From contig CAMVLZ010000003.1 in assembly GCA_947168485.1 (NCBI GenBank), positions 32,997 to 96,996 on the forward strand: 64,000 nucleotides of DNA, read 5' to 3'. The stretch is from an uncultured Bacillota bacterium (GTDB taxonomy: Bacteria > Bacillota_I > Bacilli_A > RF39 > UBA660). Shown here one piece after another: positions 38,966-49,308 of this stretch (positions are counted from its first letter, which is position 1; each line of letters begins with the position of its first letter). Under the pieces are notes generated by a model. It saw nothing but the letters and a program-made list of their open reading frames with translations, had not been told where the DNA came from and did no database searches. The position numbers and the translations under genes were made by a program.

Positions 38966-39532
38966 TTATTTCTTTATAAATGGAAATTTATTAATTAAAA
39001 AGAATCTATATTCAGGATGATCAATTGCTTCATCATATTCTTTTTGTATTACTTTATATAACCATTCTTTATTTAATTTAATAAAATCATCATATTTAAC
39101 TAACTTAATATTACCCTTTTGTATTTCTTCTTGTATTTTTTCATAAGCATCATCAATATATTCACAATCAAAAATATTTACATTTTCACATGTATGAAAA
39201 GCATTTGGAATATCTTCTTGTTTTTCTATTCCAGGTATTTCTTTGACAGAGTAAATATAACCACTTACACCTTTATATGTTTCATATGTGGCATTAGGAT
39301 AATACTCTTGTATTTCTAGTATACCATCTTTGGTAAATCCATAAGAAGCCCATTTACTCCAAATACCATCATATTCAAAATTATTTTCTTTACAAAACTT
39401 TTCAACTGCATTACTTAAATAAACTAAAGTGTTTTCTTTTTTATTTGAAAAATATATCCATGCTTTATTATGATTTGATATTCTAGGTTCTAATACTTTA
39501 ATATTTTTTGTTTGGGATGCATGATAATACAT
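38966..39532 (-). CDS. Hypothetical protein (188 aa)
   Basis: An ORF in an operon-like array. I recognise no motif. Confidence 0.5.
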   Translation of the reverse strand: MYYHASQTKNIKVLEPRISNHNKAWIYFSNKKENTLVYLSNAVEKFCKENNFEYDGIWSKWASYGFTKDGILEIQEYYPNATYETYKGVSGYIYSVKEIPGIEKQEDIPNAFHTCENVNIFDCEYIDDAYEKIQEEIQKGNIKLVKYDDFIKLNKEWLYKVIQKEYDEAIDHPEYRFFLINKFPFIKK

Positions 39533-39547
39533 ATAGTTTACCTCCTA

Positions 39548-40669
39548 TTATCCTCTTATATCATTACAATCAATAGCAATTAACGGAACAAGTATTTCAT
39601 CATCTGTATATCCAGCATGTTGTGATTTTAAAATTTCACTTCCAGTATATAATAACGTCTTATCAGTTTTAGCTATAGCTAGATAATCACCTAATGCATC
39701 TCTAAATATCTCATTTTCTTTACCATCACCAAATAATTTTGATTCAATAACATCATCCATAGAATATAAATCAAAATCATTAGAAAAGTATTTATTAAAC
39801 AATTCTACAAATGTATCTTTTTTATCTGGTTTAATAAAAAAGTTAATTGCTCTTGGTTCAAGTGATGTGTTTCTAAGTAAGCATTCTTCTATTTCAGGAT
39901 AATCTTTTATAAATAGATTTTCTACATTGTGATGACCATGATCTGCGACTACAAAAATTACTGTATCTTTTAATTTACTACTTAATTCTTCAATTCTTTT
40001 ATCTATATCTTCAATTATTGTTTTTATTTCAGGTTTATCACAGCCTATTTCATGCATAGTATGATCTGGATTTTCATTATAGGCATAAATATATTTCATT
40101 CCATCTTCATTACATTTATCTTCTATTAACTTAAACATAGCATCTATATCTTTATATTTATTTTCTCCAAATGGAAATAATCCATATCCTTTATACTCAG
40201 TTATTTCATTTAGTTCTTCCATAATAGATTTTCTAATAATATGCTTTTTATTATAGTCTATTGCTTCTTGTAATGGTTTATGTTCTGGATCTTCTTTTTC
40301 AGAATTTGGGAATACAGTTATAGTTTTATCAAGATCTTTATAGTACATATCCCATCCAAGCATTCCTGTTTCAACTGGATTTAATCCTGTCAACATTGAT
40401 GTTGTTGCAGCTACTGTTGTAGCAGGAAATACTGTAGTGATTGGTTTTAATCTATGTTTTATTAAGAATGAATTACTTGGTAATACTCTATCCATAATAT
40501 TAGATCCCATACCATCACATAATATTGTAACTATATTTTTAGGTTTCTTTTCTTCTAATAATTTATCTATATAATCCAAAGTATTATGTTTATAATCTAG
40601 TCCAAAATACTTTCTTATAGAACAAGCTAGATTAGTTAAACATTCATTATAATTATTCTTTACTATCAT
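39548..40669 (-). CDS. Alkaline-phosphatase superfamily protein (type I phosphodiesterase/nucleotide pyrophosphatase-like)
   Basis: ILCDGMGSN, FPATTVAATTSMLTG and VVADHGH motifs. Confidence 0.7.
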   Translation of the reverse strand: MIVKNNYNECLTNLACSIRKYFGLDYKHNTLDYIDKLLEEKKPKNIVTILCDGMGSNIMDRVLPSNSFLIKHRLKPITTVFPATTVAATTSMLTGLNPVETGMLGWDMYYKDLDKTITVFPNSEKEDPEHKPLQEAIDYNKKHIIRKSIMEELNEITEYKGYGLFPFGENKYKDIDAMFKLIEDKCNEDGMKYIYAYNENPDHTMHEIGCDKPEIKTIIEDIDKRIEELSSKLKDTVIFVVADHGHHNVENLFIKDYPEIEECLLRNTSLEPRAINFFIKPDKKDTFVELFNKYFSNDFDLYSMDDVIESKLFGDGKENEIFRDALGDYLAIAKTDKTLLYTGSEILKSQHAGYTDDEILVPLIAIDCNDIRG

Positions 40670-40713
40670 ATTTTCAACTCCTAGGATAATTGTATCATAT
40701 TTATTTTTTATGT

Positions 40714-40745
40714 TAAAAAAAGAATTATTAAAAATTAATAATTCT
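40714..40745 (-). terminator. AT-rich hairpin with U-tract
   Basis: AGAATTATTAA/TTAATAATTCT stem followed by U7 on the minus strand. Confidence 0.35.
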
Positions 40746-40766
40746 ATATAATACTATTTATTTAGA

Positions 40767-41603
40767 TTATTGATTTGATTGTGTTTTTTCTAATGTTTGT
40801 AGATTTAATCTTTTAAAGAATGAATCATCTTGTAATTCATTAGAAATATCTTTTATTAGATCTTTATTATCCTTTGATAGTTGTTTGATTAAACTAGAAG
40901 TAAAATCTAATAACGATTGTTCTTTTTTCATTAATTTCTCACTTTTACCATTGCTTAAAGAATTATATTTTTGGTCTATACTTAAATAATAAATTTCATT
41001 CATAAGTAGTGCAAAAGGTTCAAATTTACAACTTGTTTTTTCATTAAAAGTATTTGTAAAGTTAAAATTATTATTAATGTATTGATCCACTATTAATTCT
41101 TCTCCAAATAATACTTTCATTACTCTCATAATATTTTTAACAAAATATAAATAATCTGTTTCTTCATCTAATCTTACACCTGTTATATCTTCAGAGATCA
41201 TCTGAGTAGTAGCTTCGTTTAAACCAATATAATTTGATTTACCACTACCATCATATTCATATCCAAAAAAAGATTGTTTTCCATTTATGCGATTTGCTAA
41301 ATTATGAAGTATTTCATGTTGTAATTGAACTCTAACTAGTTCTTCATTATCAATAGCAAATTCTTCATCAACATATATTTCAGCACCACCCTGAACTGGC
41401 CAACTCACCATTCTTGAGCCATGAATTTTTCTTAATGGTGCATAATATAAAGGTGAATTGCTATCAATATTTTTTTCTATATTTGATACATTAGTAATTC
41501 TTCTAAAGTATTCCCATGCATTTCTTTGCTTTTCTATCAAAATATTATTTGGTTGAATTTTTCTATATTTGACAAGTTCTTGATATTTTTCTTCTATTGT
41601 CAT
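40767..41603 (-). CDS. Hypothetical HExxH zincin-like metallopeptidase
   Basis: QLQHEILHNL plus a downstream GLNEATTQ (a possible third ligand Glu). Confidence 0.5.
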   Translation of the reverse strand: MTIEEKYQELVKYRKIQPNNILIEKQRNAWEYFRRITNVSNIEKNIDSNSPLYYAPLRKIHGSRMVSWPVQGGAEIYVDEEFAIDNEELVRVQLQHEILHNLANRINGKQSFFGYEYDGSGKSNYIGLNEATTQMISEDITGVRLDEETDYLYFVKNIMRVMKVLFGEELIVDQYINNNFNFTNTFNEKTSCKFEPFALLMNEIYYLSIDQKYNSLSNGKSEKLMKKEQSLLDFTSSLIKQLSKDNKDLIKDISNELQDDSFFKRLNLQTLEKTQSNQ

Positions 41604-41614
41604 ACTATCACATC

Positions 41615-41986
41615 CTAATAGTTTTCTATTTTTAATTCTGGGTGTGTTTTTTTATATTCATTTAAAAAAACATTGTCCATATCTATCAATTCTATTTTAA
41701 AATATTCAGGTAAATTACTTAATTTAGAATTATACAATTCTTCTAAAGTTTTAAACTCTTCTTCATCATAATATATAATTAAACCTTTTTCTTTTTCAAA
41801 TCTTGATTCAGTATAATTCCATATTTGAATATGGTGTTTTTCTCCATTTAAATAAATATTTAAATTTGCTGATGCTTCTAATTTATTATCTAATGAATAT
41901 TTTAGTTCATCATCTAAATGTTTTTTTAATGTTGGTTCATCAACTACATAGTAATATCCATGAAATAATTTACTAAATAATCCCAT
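41615..41986 (-). CDS. Hypothetical protein (123 aa)
   Basis: An ORF 11 nt upstream of the HExxH gene. I recognise no motif. Confidence 0.5.
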   Translation of the reverse strand: MGLFSKLFHGYYYVVDEPTLKKHLDDELKYSLDNKLEASANLNIYLNGEKHHIQIWNYTESRFEKEKGLIIYYDEEEFKTLEELYNSKLSNLPEYFKIELIDMDNVFLNEYKKTHPELKIENY

Positions 41987-42022
41987 ATATTTCCTCCCTA
42001 TTATGATTTTATCATGCGTTTC

Positions 42023-44053
42023 CTATGGACTACAAGTCTCAATCTTTAATTTATTATTTTTAATTTTAAATATAACACTTCCTTGCTTGTCTGTTCTATA
42101 TATCTTTGAATCTTTTAAAATATCTAATGCTTCTTTATTAGGATGACCATACTTATTATTCTTACCAACACTTATAACTGAATATTTAGGATTGATTTTT
42201 TTAATGAACTCTTTACCACTACTTGTATTACTCCCGTGATGTCCTACTTTTAAGACATCTATATCAGGTAGATTGTATTTAGAAAGTATTTCTTTCTCTG
42301 TAGTTATTGATGCATCTCCCATAAACATAAATTTATAACTATTTATTTCTGTATAAATGACATTACTATTATCATTTTCATTATTAAAATCTTTAGTCTG
42401 TAAAAAATATAATTTATTCTTATCTATACTTAATTGTTTTATACACGAATAGTGTTTAATATCTTTATTATTTAACTCTTTAATTAATTCTTTTTCTAAG
42501 TAATTATATTTTCCACAATTAAAGATTACTTTTTTGACCTTGAAATTATCTACTAGATTAATAGCTTCTCTCATGTGATCAAAATCTCCATGAGTAAGTA
42601 TTAAATAATCTAGTTTTTTTATACCTTTAGATTTCATATAAGGTATTGTTATAGACTTAGCAATAAACTCTTTTCTATCATTTGTATATGATGGAATTCC
42701 TCCTGTATCAATTAGAATATTCTTTTTATTAATGTGTATTAATGAGGAATCTCCTTGCCCTACATCTATATATGTAATGAATAGATTATTGTTAAGGTAT
42801 GGGCAGATGTAGTGTATTGATAAGATTAAGAATAATATTAGTAATAGTTTTTTCTTATTAGTTATTAAATATATAATTATTAATACTATGTATATTATAT
42901 AGACTATGATGTTTGCTTTTATGAATATTAGTTTTAATATACTTATTTTATTTAATAATAGAGAGATATTTTCTAATAAGTTAGTAAATATATTTAATAC
43001 TATTGTTAATTTAGGTACTAATAAGCATAATAAAGATAAAGGGAATATTATTATACTTACTAGTGGTACAAAGAATAGATTATAAATTATACTTAGTAGA
43101 TTTATTTGATAAAAGTTAAATAAAGATATGGGTAAAGATGAGATAAATGATATTAAAGATACTTTTAATAGAGATATAAAATAATTATTACTTTGTAATT
43201 GTTTTGATAATATAATTAAAGATAAACTTATTGAATAAGAATATTGAAAAGATATATCAAATATAAATTTAGGATTTATTAATAGAGATATTATTAGTAC
43301 TAATATAAATAAATTGACTGGTTTTATATAAAAGTAATAAATTCTATTGAAAGAGAATATTATATAGAATAATACTCCTCTTAATATTGATGGAGATAAT
43401 CCTACTAATAATAAATATATTAATAAGAATAATATTGTTATGAAATAGGATTTTTCTTCTGATACTTTTAACTTTGTTAATAGTTTTAATATTATTTCAG
43501 AGAATAAAGTTATATGCATACCACTTATGGCAAATAGATGAGATATTCCATTAGATTGGTATGATTCTTTTACTTCTTCTTTTATTAATGATTTATCTCC
43601 TAATATAAAAGTATAAAGATAAGGATTATTATTTAGACGATTTCTTATTAACTTTTTTATTTCATAATAGATGTTTTTATTACTTTTAAGTTTTTTTATA
43701 CTTTTTATTTTCATAATATAAAATATATTTTTATTAGATAGATAATTTCTATAATTAAAAGTATTTTCAGTTGTATTAGTATTTGGTTTAGATAAGTCTC
43801 CTGTTAATAATACTTTATCTCCTAGATCTATATTTAATTCTTTATAATATGTAGCTTGTATTAATTCTTTTGATTTGATTATTAATTGTACTTTGTTATC
43901 TTTTTTAGATATGATTGTTATTATACCTATTATTTTATTGGTATTGAGATTATTCTTATGAGATATTAATCTAGGAATAGAAATTAATAATACTAATATT
44001 AATAATCCTATGAATAGATAATCACACAGTAATATTTTCCTTAATTTTAGCAA
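42023..44053 (-). CDS. comEC: DNA internalisation competence protein ComEC/Rec2
   Basis: Polytopic competence domain (GISHLFAISGMH) and a C-terminal metallo-beta-lactamase domain (DVGQGDS, LTHGDFDH, GHHGS). Confidence 0.9.
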   Translation of the reverse strand: MLKLRKILLCDYLFIGLLILVLLISIPRLISHKNNLNTNKIIGIITIISKKDNKVQLIIKSKELIQATYYKELNIDLGDKVLLTGDLSKPNTNTTENTFNYRNYLSNKNIFYIMKIKSIKKLKSNKNIYYEIKKLIRNRLNNNPYLYTFILGDKSLIKEEVKESYQSNGISHLFAISGMHITLFSEIILKLLTKLKVSEEKSYFITILFLLIYLLLVGLSPSILRGVLFYIIFSFNRIYYFYIKPVNLFILVLIISLLINPKFIFDISFQYSYSISLSLIILSKQLQSNNYFISLLKVSLISFISSLPISLFNFYQINLLSIIYNLFFVPLVSIIIFPLSLLCLLVPKLTIVLNIFTNLLENISLLLNKISILKLIFIKANIIVYIIYIVLIIIYLITNKKKLLLILFLILSIHYICPYLNNNLFITYIDVGQGDSSLIHINKKNILIDTGGIPSYTNDRKEFIAKSITIPYMKSKGIKKLDYLILTHGDFDHMREAINLVDNFKVKKVIFNCGKYNYLEKELIKELNNKDIKHYSCIKQLSIDKNKLYFLQTKDFNNENDNSNVIYTEINSYKFMFMGDASITTEKEILSKYNLPDIDVLKVGHHGSNTSSGKEFIKKINPKYSVISVGKNNKYGHPNKEALDILKDSKIYRTDKQGSVIFKIKNNKLKIETCSP

Positions 44054-44696
44054 ATAAAGATTCTCCTATACCTTGTACATTCTTGATATCTTCTATTTTT
44101 TCAAATTTAGTTTTTTCTCTATATTTAATAATATCTTTAGCTCGAGTCTCTCCTATTCCATTTAGAGTCATTAATTCATCTAATGAGGCGGTATTTATAT
44201 TTACTTTATTCTCTTTGTTTGTTTCATTTGATTTATTATTTTCAATACATGCATCATTTTTTAATGCATTAGTATCTTTTTGAATACATTTATCTTGTAC
44301 TTGTTTTTCTACTTCTTTTGTCTTTTTAAAGTCAGATACTTCAGATTTACTATAGATTATTATTACCATTTCATCTTCTATTTTTTTAGATAAATTAATT
44401 ACTGATGTATCTGCATTATTAGTTAGACCATGTGCTGATTCAATAACATCTATTACTCTTGATCCTTCATTAAGAGAATATATTCCTGGATTTTTTACTT
44501 CTCCTTTTATATCTACTTTAAATAACTTAGGTTCTTCTTTTTTATCTATTTTCTCTATTGATGAGATTTCTTCTACTTTATCTTCTTCTTTAGAAAAGTC
44601 TATTTTTGTTAATAAAAAAATAGTAAGTGATAATACAAATATTATTATACTTACTATTATGATTATTAATTTTCTTTTTCTATACCATATAGACAT
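44022..44696 (-). CDS. comEA: Competence protein ComEA (DNA receptor)
   Basis: TM anchor, an SLBB-like GEVKNPGIY segment, and C-terminal tandem HhH motifs INTASLDELMTLNGIGETRAKDII...VQGIGESLF. Confidence 0.85.
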   Translation of the reverse strand: MSIWYRKRKLIIIIVSIIIFVLSLTIFLLTKIDFSKEEDKVEEISSIEKIDKKEEPKLFKVDIKGEVKNPGIYSLNEGSRVIDVIESAHGLTNNADTSVINLSKKIEDEMVIIIYSKSEVSDFKKTKEVEKQVQDKCIQKDTNALKNDACIENNKSNETNKENKVNINTASLDELMTLNGIGETRAKDIIKYREKTKFEKIEDIKNVQGIGESLFAKIKENITV

Positions 44697-44740
44697 ATTA
44701 TCACCTCCATATATATTATTAGGAAGATGATTAATCTATA

Positions 44741-45940
44741 CTACTTTTTTGTTTTCTTTTTTACTTTGAAATTATCTGTTATTACACTATCAAGATAATC
44801 TATTAAGTTTTGTTCTTCTTCTAATAAATCAGTATTCCATACTAAAGCTGCGGCTGAGATAGTACTACCTCCACCTGATTTATTATCTTTTCCTTCACAA
44901 TAATTTTTCATTAGTTCTCCACCATCTACATAACCATTTGTTCTTATACTTATTTTTACTGGTGTATCATCGTCTTTATCTTTTATATATCCCATTACTA
45001 TAGAAGCATCTACATCATCATAATCTTGTCTTTCATCAGCTGCTTGAGATATCATTTCTGGTTTATATATAGTTTCTGGAGCATGTCTATTTAATACTAT
45101 TGAAACATTGTGATTCTTTAATAAGTTTGTAAATTCTTTAGCATTACCATTATTAAATACTAAGTTCATTACTAATTTATCTGATTCGAAATCTCTTCTG
45201 AATGTTTTTCTTATATCTTCATCATTTACTCCATTCTTTTTTAGAATAGTAAATGTTTCATATGTGTTTTCTGTAGTGTTTCTTTTGAATGTATCAGTAT
45301 CTAGTTTTATACCAGATGCTAGAGCTAAGGCTAATTCTTTAGAATAGCTTTTTTCATAAGAATGGAGAATTGTACCTACTATTTCTGAAGCACTTGAATA
45401 ATTTTCATCTATAAAATTATTTGATTTTCTTATTAATTCTTCTCCTATTCTTTCATGATGATCTATAACTATAATATTATCAAAGTTATTTAGATAATCT
45501 TTTATAGATAATATTTTAGGATTATTAGTATCTACTATTATTAATAAAGATTTTTTTCTTTTTAATTGTTTTAAATAATAGTATTGATCTTCTTCTATTA
45601 ATCTTTTATATTGTATTTCTTGGTTTTCATTATAATCTTTAGATATTATATCTATGTAATCTTCTAAATTAATAAAGTTATAATATTTAGATAAAGAATC
45701 TTGTAATAACTTTACTGCTGGTTGAAGAGTAAATTCATCTTCATTAACTATTATTTTTGAATCTTTACCTAGTATTTTACATATTTCTGCTACACCTGCT
45801 GCAGCACCTATCGCATCAAAGTCTGGATCTTTATGACCAATAATAAAAATATCATTAGATTTTTTAATTAATGATTCTAGTTTATAAGTAAATTTTACCA
45901 ACTCTTTTGTCATAATATAATCCCCTTTGTAATGATGCAT
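44741..45940 (-). CDS. DHH/DHHA1 family phosphoesterase
   Basis: HKDPDFDAIGAAAG, VIDHHER, and a DHHA1-like GGGSTISAAA (Ser where GGGH is usual). Confidence 0.7.
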   Translation of the reverse strand: MHHYKGDYIMTKELVKFTYKLESLIKKSNDIFIIGHKDPDFDAIGAAAGVAEICKILGKDSKIIVNEDEFTLQPAVKLLQDSLSKYYNFINLEDYIDIISKDYNENQEIQYKRLIEEDQYYYLKQLKRKKSLLIIVDTNNPKILSIKDYLNNFDNIIVIDHHERIGEELIRKSNNFIDENYSSASEIVGTILHSYEKSYSKELALALASGIKLDTDTFKRNTTENTYETFTILKKNGVNDEDIRKTFRRDFESDKLVMNLVFNNGNAKEFTNLLKNHNVSIVLNRHAPETIYKPEMISQAADERQDYDDVDASIVMGYIKDKDDDTPVKISIRTNGYVDGGELMKNYCEGKDNKSGGGSTISAAALVWNTDLLEEEQNLIDYLDSVITDNFKVKKKTKK

Positions 45941-46020
45941 ATTATATCATTTTTATTAGAATTAGTCAATTTACAAGGATTAATATATGTAGTATTATAT
46001 ATTTACTTAGGAGGAGTATT

Positions 46021-46803
46021 ATGGGTGCTTTCTTAATATTTTATGGATTAACTATAGTTTCTTCTATTATTAATGATTTTAGATATAAAAAAGAAAGATT
46101 AAAAGATGTAGGTAATTATGGATACAAATTAAATATGGATAGATTAGAAGATTATTTTTTAGAGTTACCTGATGTATTTACTTTTCAATTATTGATACCT
46201 ATTTATAATATGTATAAGACTAGATCTAATTATAGAGAATATCATTATAATAAAGAAGAATATTTAGATATTTTATATAATAAGAAAATTATTAATAGAA
46301 TGAATGATACTGAATATACTGAGTATAGAGAGAATAAATCTGTTTCTAAATTATTAGATATTTCTGATAGAAATGAAAAAGATAATAGATTATTGAAAGA
46401 TATAAGTGATTATTTATTTGATGTAGCTAGTAATAATACTGATTATTCTAAGAAAAAAGTAATTGATTTTAGTTTAGATGATGATTCTCATTTTGCTTGC
46501 TACTATGATAATAAGATTGAGGATTTTGTTACTATTGAGAGTAATGGTATCTTTGATGATTTAGAGTATTCTGTTAGGAATTACTTTTTACTTAATATTA
46601 CTAAGTTATTTGGAGATATTTATGGTGACTATGGTTCTTATAAGGATAAATTAGATGATATTACTGATAAGGATAATACAATTAAATTAAATGTAGAAGG
46701 TAATGAGTGTTCTATTAAGATTAAAAATTTATATGAATATGTACCTGATGAGATATTTGAAAGTACTAAAGAATCTAAATATAGTAAGTTATTAAAAAAG
46801 TAA
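46021..46803 (+). CDS. Hypothetical protein with an N-terminal hydrophobic segment
   Basis: ORF with GGAGG upstream. I recognise no motif. Confidence 0.5.
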   Translation: MGAFLIFYGLTIVSSIINDFRYKKERLKDVGNYGYKLNMDRLEDYFLELPDVFTFQLLIPIYNMYKTRSNYREYHYNKEEYLDILYNKKIINRMNDTEYTEYRENKSVSKLLDISDRNEKDNRLLKDISDYLFDVASNNTDYSKKKVIDFSLDDDSHFACYYDNKIEDFVTIESNGIFDDLEYSVRNYFLLNITKLFGDIYGDYGSYKDKLDDITDKDNTIKLNVEGNECSIKIKNLYEYVPDEIFESTKESKYSKLLKK

Positions 46804-46805
46804 GG

Positions 46806-47954
46806 TTAATCTTTTACCTTACTTTTTTTATTTTCTATAGCTACTCTTTGTACTACTGCTAAAGCTACTATTAAACATAGAGTAAATGATCCTCCATATG
46901 ATAGGAATGGTAATGGTACTCCTGTATTTGGCATTAATCCAAATACTGTACCTAAGTTAACTGCAATATGAGCAAATATATAAATAGCTACTCCATAACA
47001 CATTAGAGCTGAAGCATTATTAGTTGCTTTCCTACCAATTGCTAAAATTCTATAAAGTACTACTCCAAATAAAAGTATTACTATTATACCTGTTATTAAT
47101 CCTAATTCTTCTATTAATACTGGGAAGATAAAATCAGTATATGGTTCTGGTAAATACAAATACTTTTGAGTAGATTTACCTAATCCTACTCCTGTAAGTC
47201 CACCTTTATTCATTGCGATATATCCATTACATACTTGATTACCTTCATTTAGAAGATTAGCACATGGATCTTTATAATTATTAATTCTTGATATTTGTCT
47301 TTCATTTAGTACATGATTGATTGCTCCTGTCTGTACAAATAAAAATACTAATACTACTACTCCTACAGTTATAGCTTTAGTAATAAACTGAATATTACCA
47401 GATGTTGGTACTGAGAAGAACATTACTGCTACTATTATGGCATATATTATCGCAGTACCTAAGTCAGGTTGTTTAAATATTAAAAGAGCTATAAATATAC
47501 ATATTATTATAGGAAATAGTACTACTCCCCATCTATTTAATTTCTTTTGATTTATTTGATAATAACTAGCTAACCAAAATACTGTTAATATCTTTACTAA
47601 TTCTGATGGTTGTAAATTAAATGGACCTATATCTATCCATGAATTAGCTTCATTAACAGCTCTAACATCATTAGATATAATTAAATATATTAATAATGGA
47701 ATACATCCTAGTATACCTAACCAAGATAATCCTCCAATAGAATTTGATTTCATATTAAATATTATAGGTGTAAATATTAATAATCCTACTGCTATAAATA
47801 TAGCTTGTCTTATTACATAAAAATAAGGAGATACTAATCTAGACATATAAGCAGTAACATTAGATGCTGAAAAGACCATAATTAACCCTATAATAAATAA
47901 TATTATGGATGATACTAATAAAGTTTTATCTGTATATTTTATATTACGTAACAT
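46806..47954 (-). CDS. SEDS family peptidoglycan glycosyltransferase (FtsW/RodA/SpoVE)
   Basis: Polytopic. QPSELVK, PDLGT, LPEPYTDFIFPVLIEELG and PFLSYGGS motifs. Confidence 0.9.
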   Translation of the reverse strand: MLRNIKYTDKTLLVSSIILFIIGLIMVFSASNVTAYMSRLVSPYFYVIRQAIFIAVGLLIFTPIIFNMKSNSIGGLSWLGILGCIPLLIYLIISNDVRAVNEANSWIDIGPFNLQPSELVKILTVFWLASYYQINQKKLNRWGVVLFPIIICIFIALLIFKQPDLGTAIIYAIIVAVMFFSVPTSGNIQFITKAITVGVVVLVFLFVQTGAINHVLNERQISRINNYKDPCANLLNEGNQVCNGYIAMNKGGLTGVGLGKSTQKYLYLPEPYTDFIFPVLIEELGLITGIIVILLFGVVLYRILAIGRKATNNASALMCYGVAIYIFAHIAVNLGTVFGLMPNTGVPLPFLSYGGSFTLCLIVALAVVQRVAIENKKSKVKD

Positions 47955-48025
47955 TTAATCACCTTATATATAATATAACATTAATTCTTTTTAAATCTAA
48001 TAAACCTATATTATTTCTATGTAAA

Positions 48026-48054
48026 TTGACAATTATACATTTAATTAGTATAAT
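48026..48054 (+). promoter_or_regulatory. Consensus sigma-A-type promoter for def
   Basis: TTGACA (48026-48031), a 17-nt spacer, then TATAAT (48049-48054). Confidence 0.7.
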
Positions 48055-48084
48055 TATAATGCATTTGAAGGGATGTGTTTTTAT

Positions 48085-48633
48085 ATGTTAAAAATGTGTG
48101 ATATTCTAGATGAAAATGATAAAACACTTAGACAAGTATCTGAAGAAGTTACTTTTCCTCTTAGTAAAGTAGATCAAAAAAATATTGATTTAATGCTTGA
48201 ATATTTAAGAAATTCTCAAATTGAAGAGTTATCTGAAAAATATAAATTAAGACCTGGTATGGGATTATCTGCTGTACAATTAGGAGTATTAAAAAGATAT
48301 TTTGTAGTTGTTTATGAATATGAAGAAGGTAAATTTGAAGAGTATATTTTAGTTAATCCTAAAATTATTTCAAATTCTACTGAAGAAATATATGTTGAAG
48401 CAGGTGAAGGCTGTTTATCTGTTAATAGATATGTTGAAGGTATAGTACCTAGATATGCTAGAGTTACTCTAGAAGGTTATGATAGAGATGGTAATAAAAT
48501 TCATGTTAGAGCTAGAGAAGAATTAGCAATTGCTTTTCAACATGAATTAGATCACTTAAATGGAATACTTTTCTATGATAAGATTGATAAAAATAATCCG
48601 TTTAAAAATAAAGATAAAATGAGAGCTATTTAA
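48085..48633 (+). CDS. def: Peptide deformylase
   Basis: GLSAVQLG, EGCLS and HELDHL motifs. The start is ambiguous among ATGs at 48073, 48085 and 48094; I chose 48085 from the spacing to AAGGG. Confidence 0.9.
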   Translation: MLKMCDILDENDKTLRQVSEEVTFPLSKVDQKNIDLMLEYLRNSQIEELSEKYKLRPGMGLSAVQLGVLKRYFVVVYEYEEGKFEEYILVNPKIISNSTEEIYVEAGEGCLSVNRYVEGIVPRYARVTLEGYDRDGNKIHVRAREELAIAFQHELDHLNGILFYDKIDKNNPFKNKDKMRAI

Positions 48634-48657
48634 AAACAAGTTATACTTGTTTTTTTA
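48634..48657 (+). terminator. Rho-independent terminator after def
   Basis: AAACAAG/CTTGTTT hairpin followed by a T-run. Confidence 0.7.
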
Positions 48658-48671
48658 TGTTATAATTATTA

Positions 48672-48764
48672 TGAGGTGTTTATATGAAATGGGAATCTAG
48701 TAGTAGACGTAGTATAGATGGAGATTGGATTAGAGAAAATGAAAGTAATGAACACTTTGTTGGT
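48672..48764 (+). repeat. Copy 1 of a conserved RBS plus 27-codon 5' module
   Basis: tgaggtgtttatATGaaatgggaatctagtagtagac... has only 6 mismatches to copy 2 over the first 81 coding nt. Identity ends abruptly after ..GTTGGT. Confidence 0.85.
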
Positions 48765-49268
48765 TCTTCATATGATGATGAGTATGATAGTATTCTTGAT
48801 TCAATAAAAACAGACGATGTTCAATCTTTTTTAGATGACATGGAACAAACTGAGGAAGATATAGAAAAAACTCCTGAAGAATTAGGCGCAAGAACTGAGT
48901 CAATAAGAGATAGACTGCTACGTAGTATGTCTATATCGCCAGAACATATAAATCAAGTTATAGAGGAAGAAAAAATTGATGAACCATTAATCAATTCTGA
49001 AGAAATGTCTGTAGGTGAAAGACAGAAATTAGCTGAAGTTTCTTTTAAAGATTTTGTTGAAAGAGCTAAAGCTAGTGAATTAGAAAATAATAAAACTAAA
49101 AATGATATTCAAAGTATGTTTTCAGATTCTACTACTGATTATCAAGAAACAAAAGGAAATTCATTAAAAGAAAGAAATCAAACTTATGGTTTACAAGATA
49201 TGATTAATGATACAGATATTCAAAGAAAGAATAATTCAATTAATCAAGATATAGGAAGAAAACTTTAG
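48684..49268 (+). CDS. Hypothetical acidic protein with a conserved MKWESSSR.SIDGDWIRENESNEH N-terminus
   Basis: ORF with a GAGGTG RBS, its own TGTTATAAT -10 box (48657-48665) and its own terminator. Confidence 0.6.
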   Translation: MKWESSSRRSIDGDWIRENESNEHFVGSSYDDEYDSILDSIKTDDVQSFLDDMEQTEEDIEKTPEELGARTESIRDRLLRSMSISPEHINQVIEEEKIDEPLINSEEMSVGERQKLAEVSFKDFVERAKASELENNKTKNDIQSMFSDSTTDYQETKGNSLKERNQTYGLQDMINDTDIQRKNNSINQDIGRKL

Positions 49269-49281
49269 TTTTCTTTTTTTT
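49258..49281 (+). terminator. Rho-independent terminator
   Basis: GAAAAC/GTTTTC hairpin spanning the stop codon, followed by T8. Confidence 0.6.
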
Positions 49282-49283
49282 AA

Positions 49284-49308
49284 CAAAAAAAGAGTCATTA
49301 TTGACTCT
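49284..49308 (-). terminator. Rho-independent terminator for the convergent gene
   Basis: AGAGTCA/TGACTCT hairpin followed by a U-tract on the minus strand. Confidence 0.6.
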
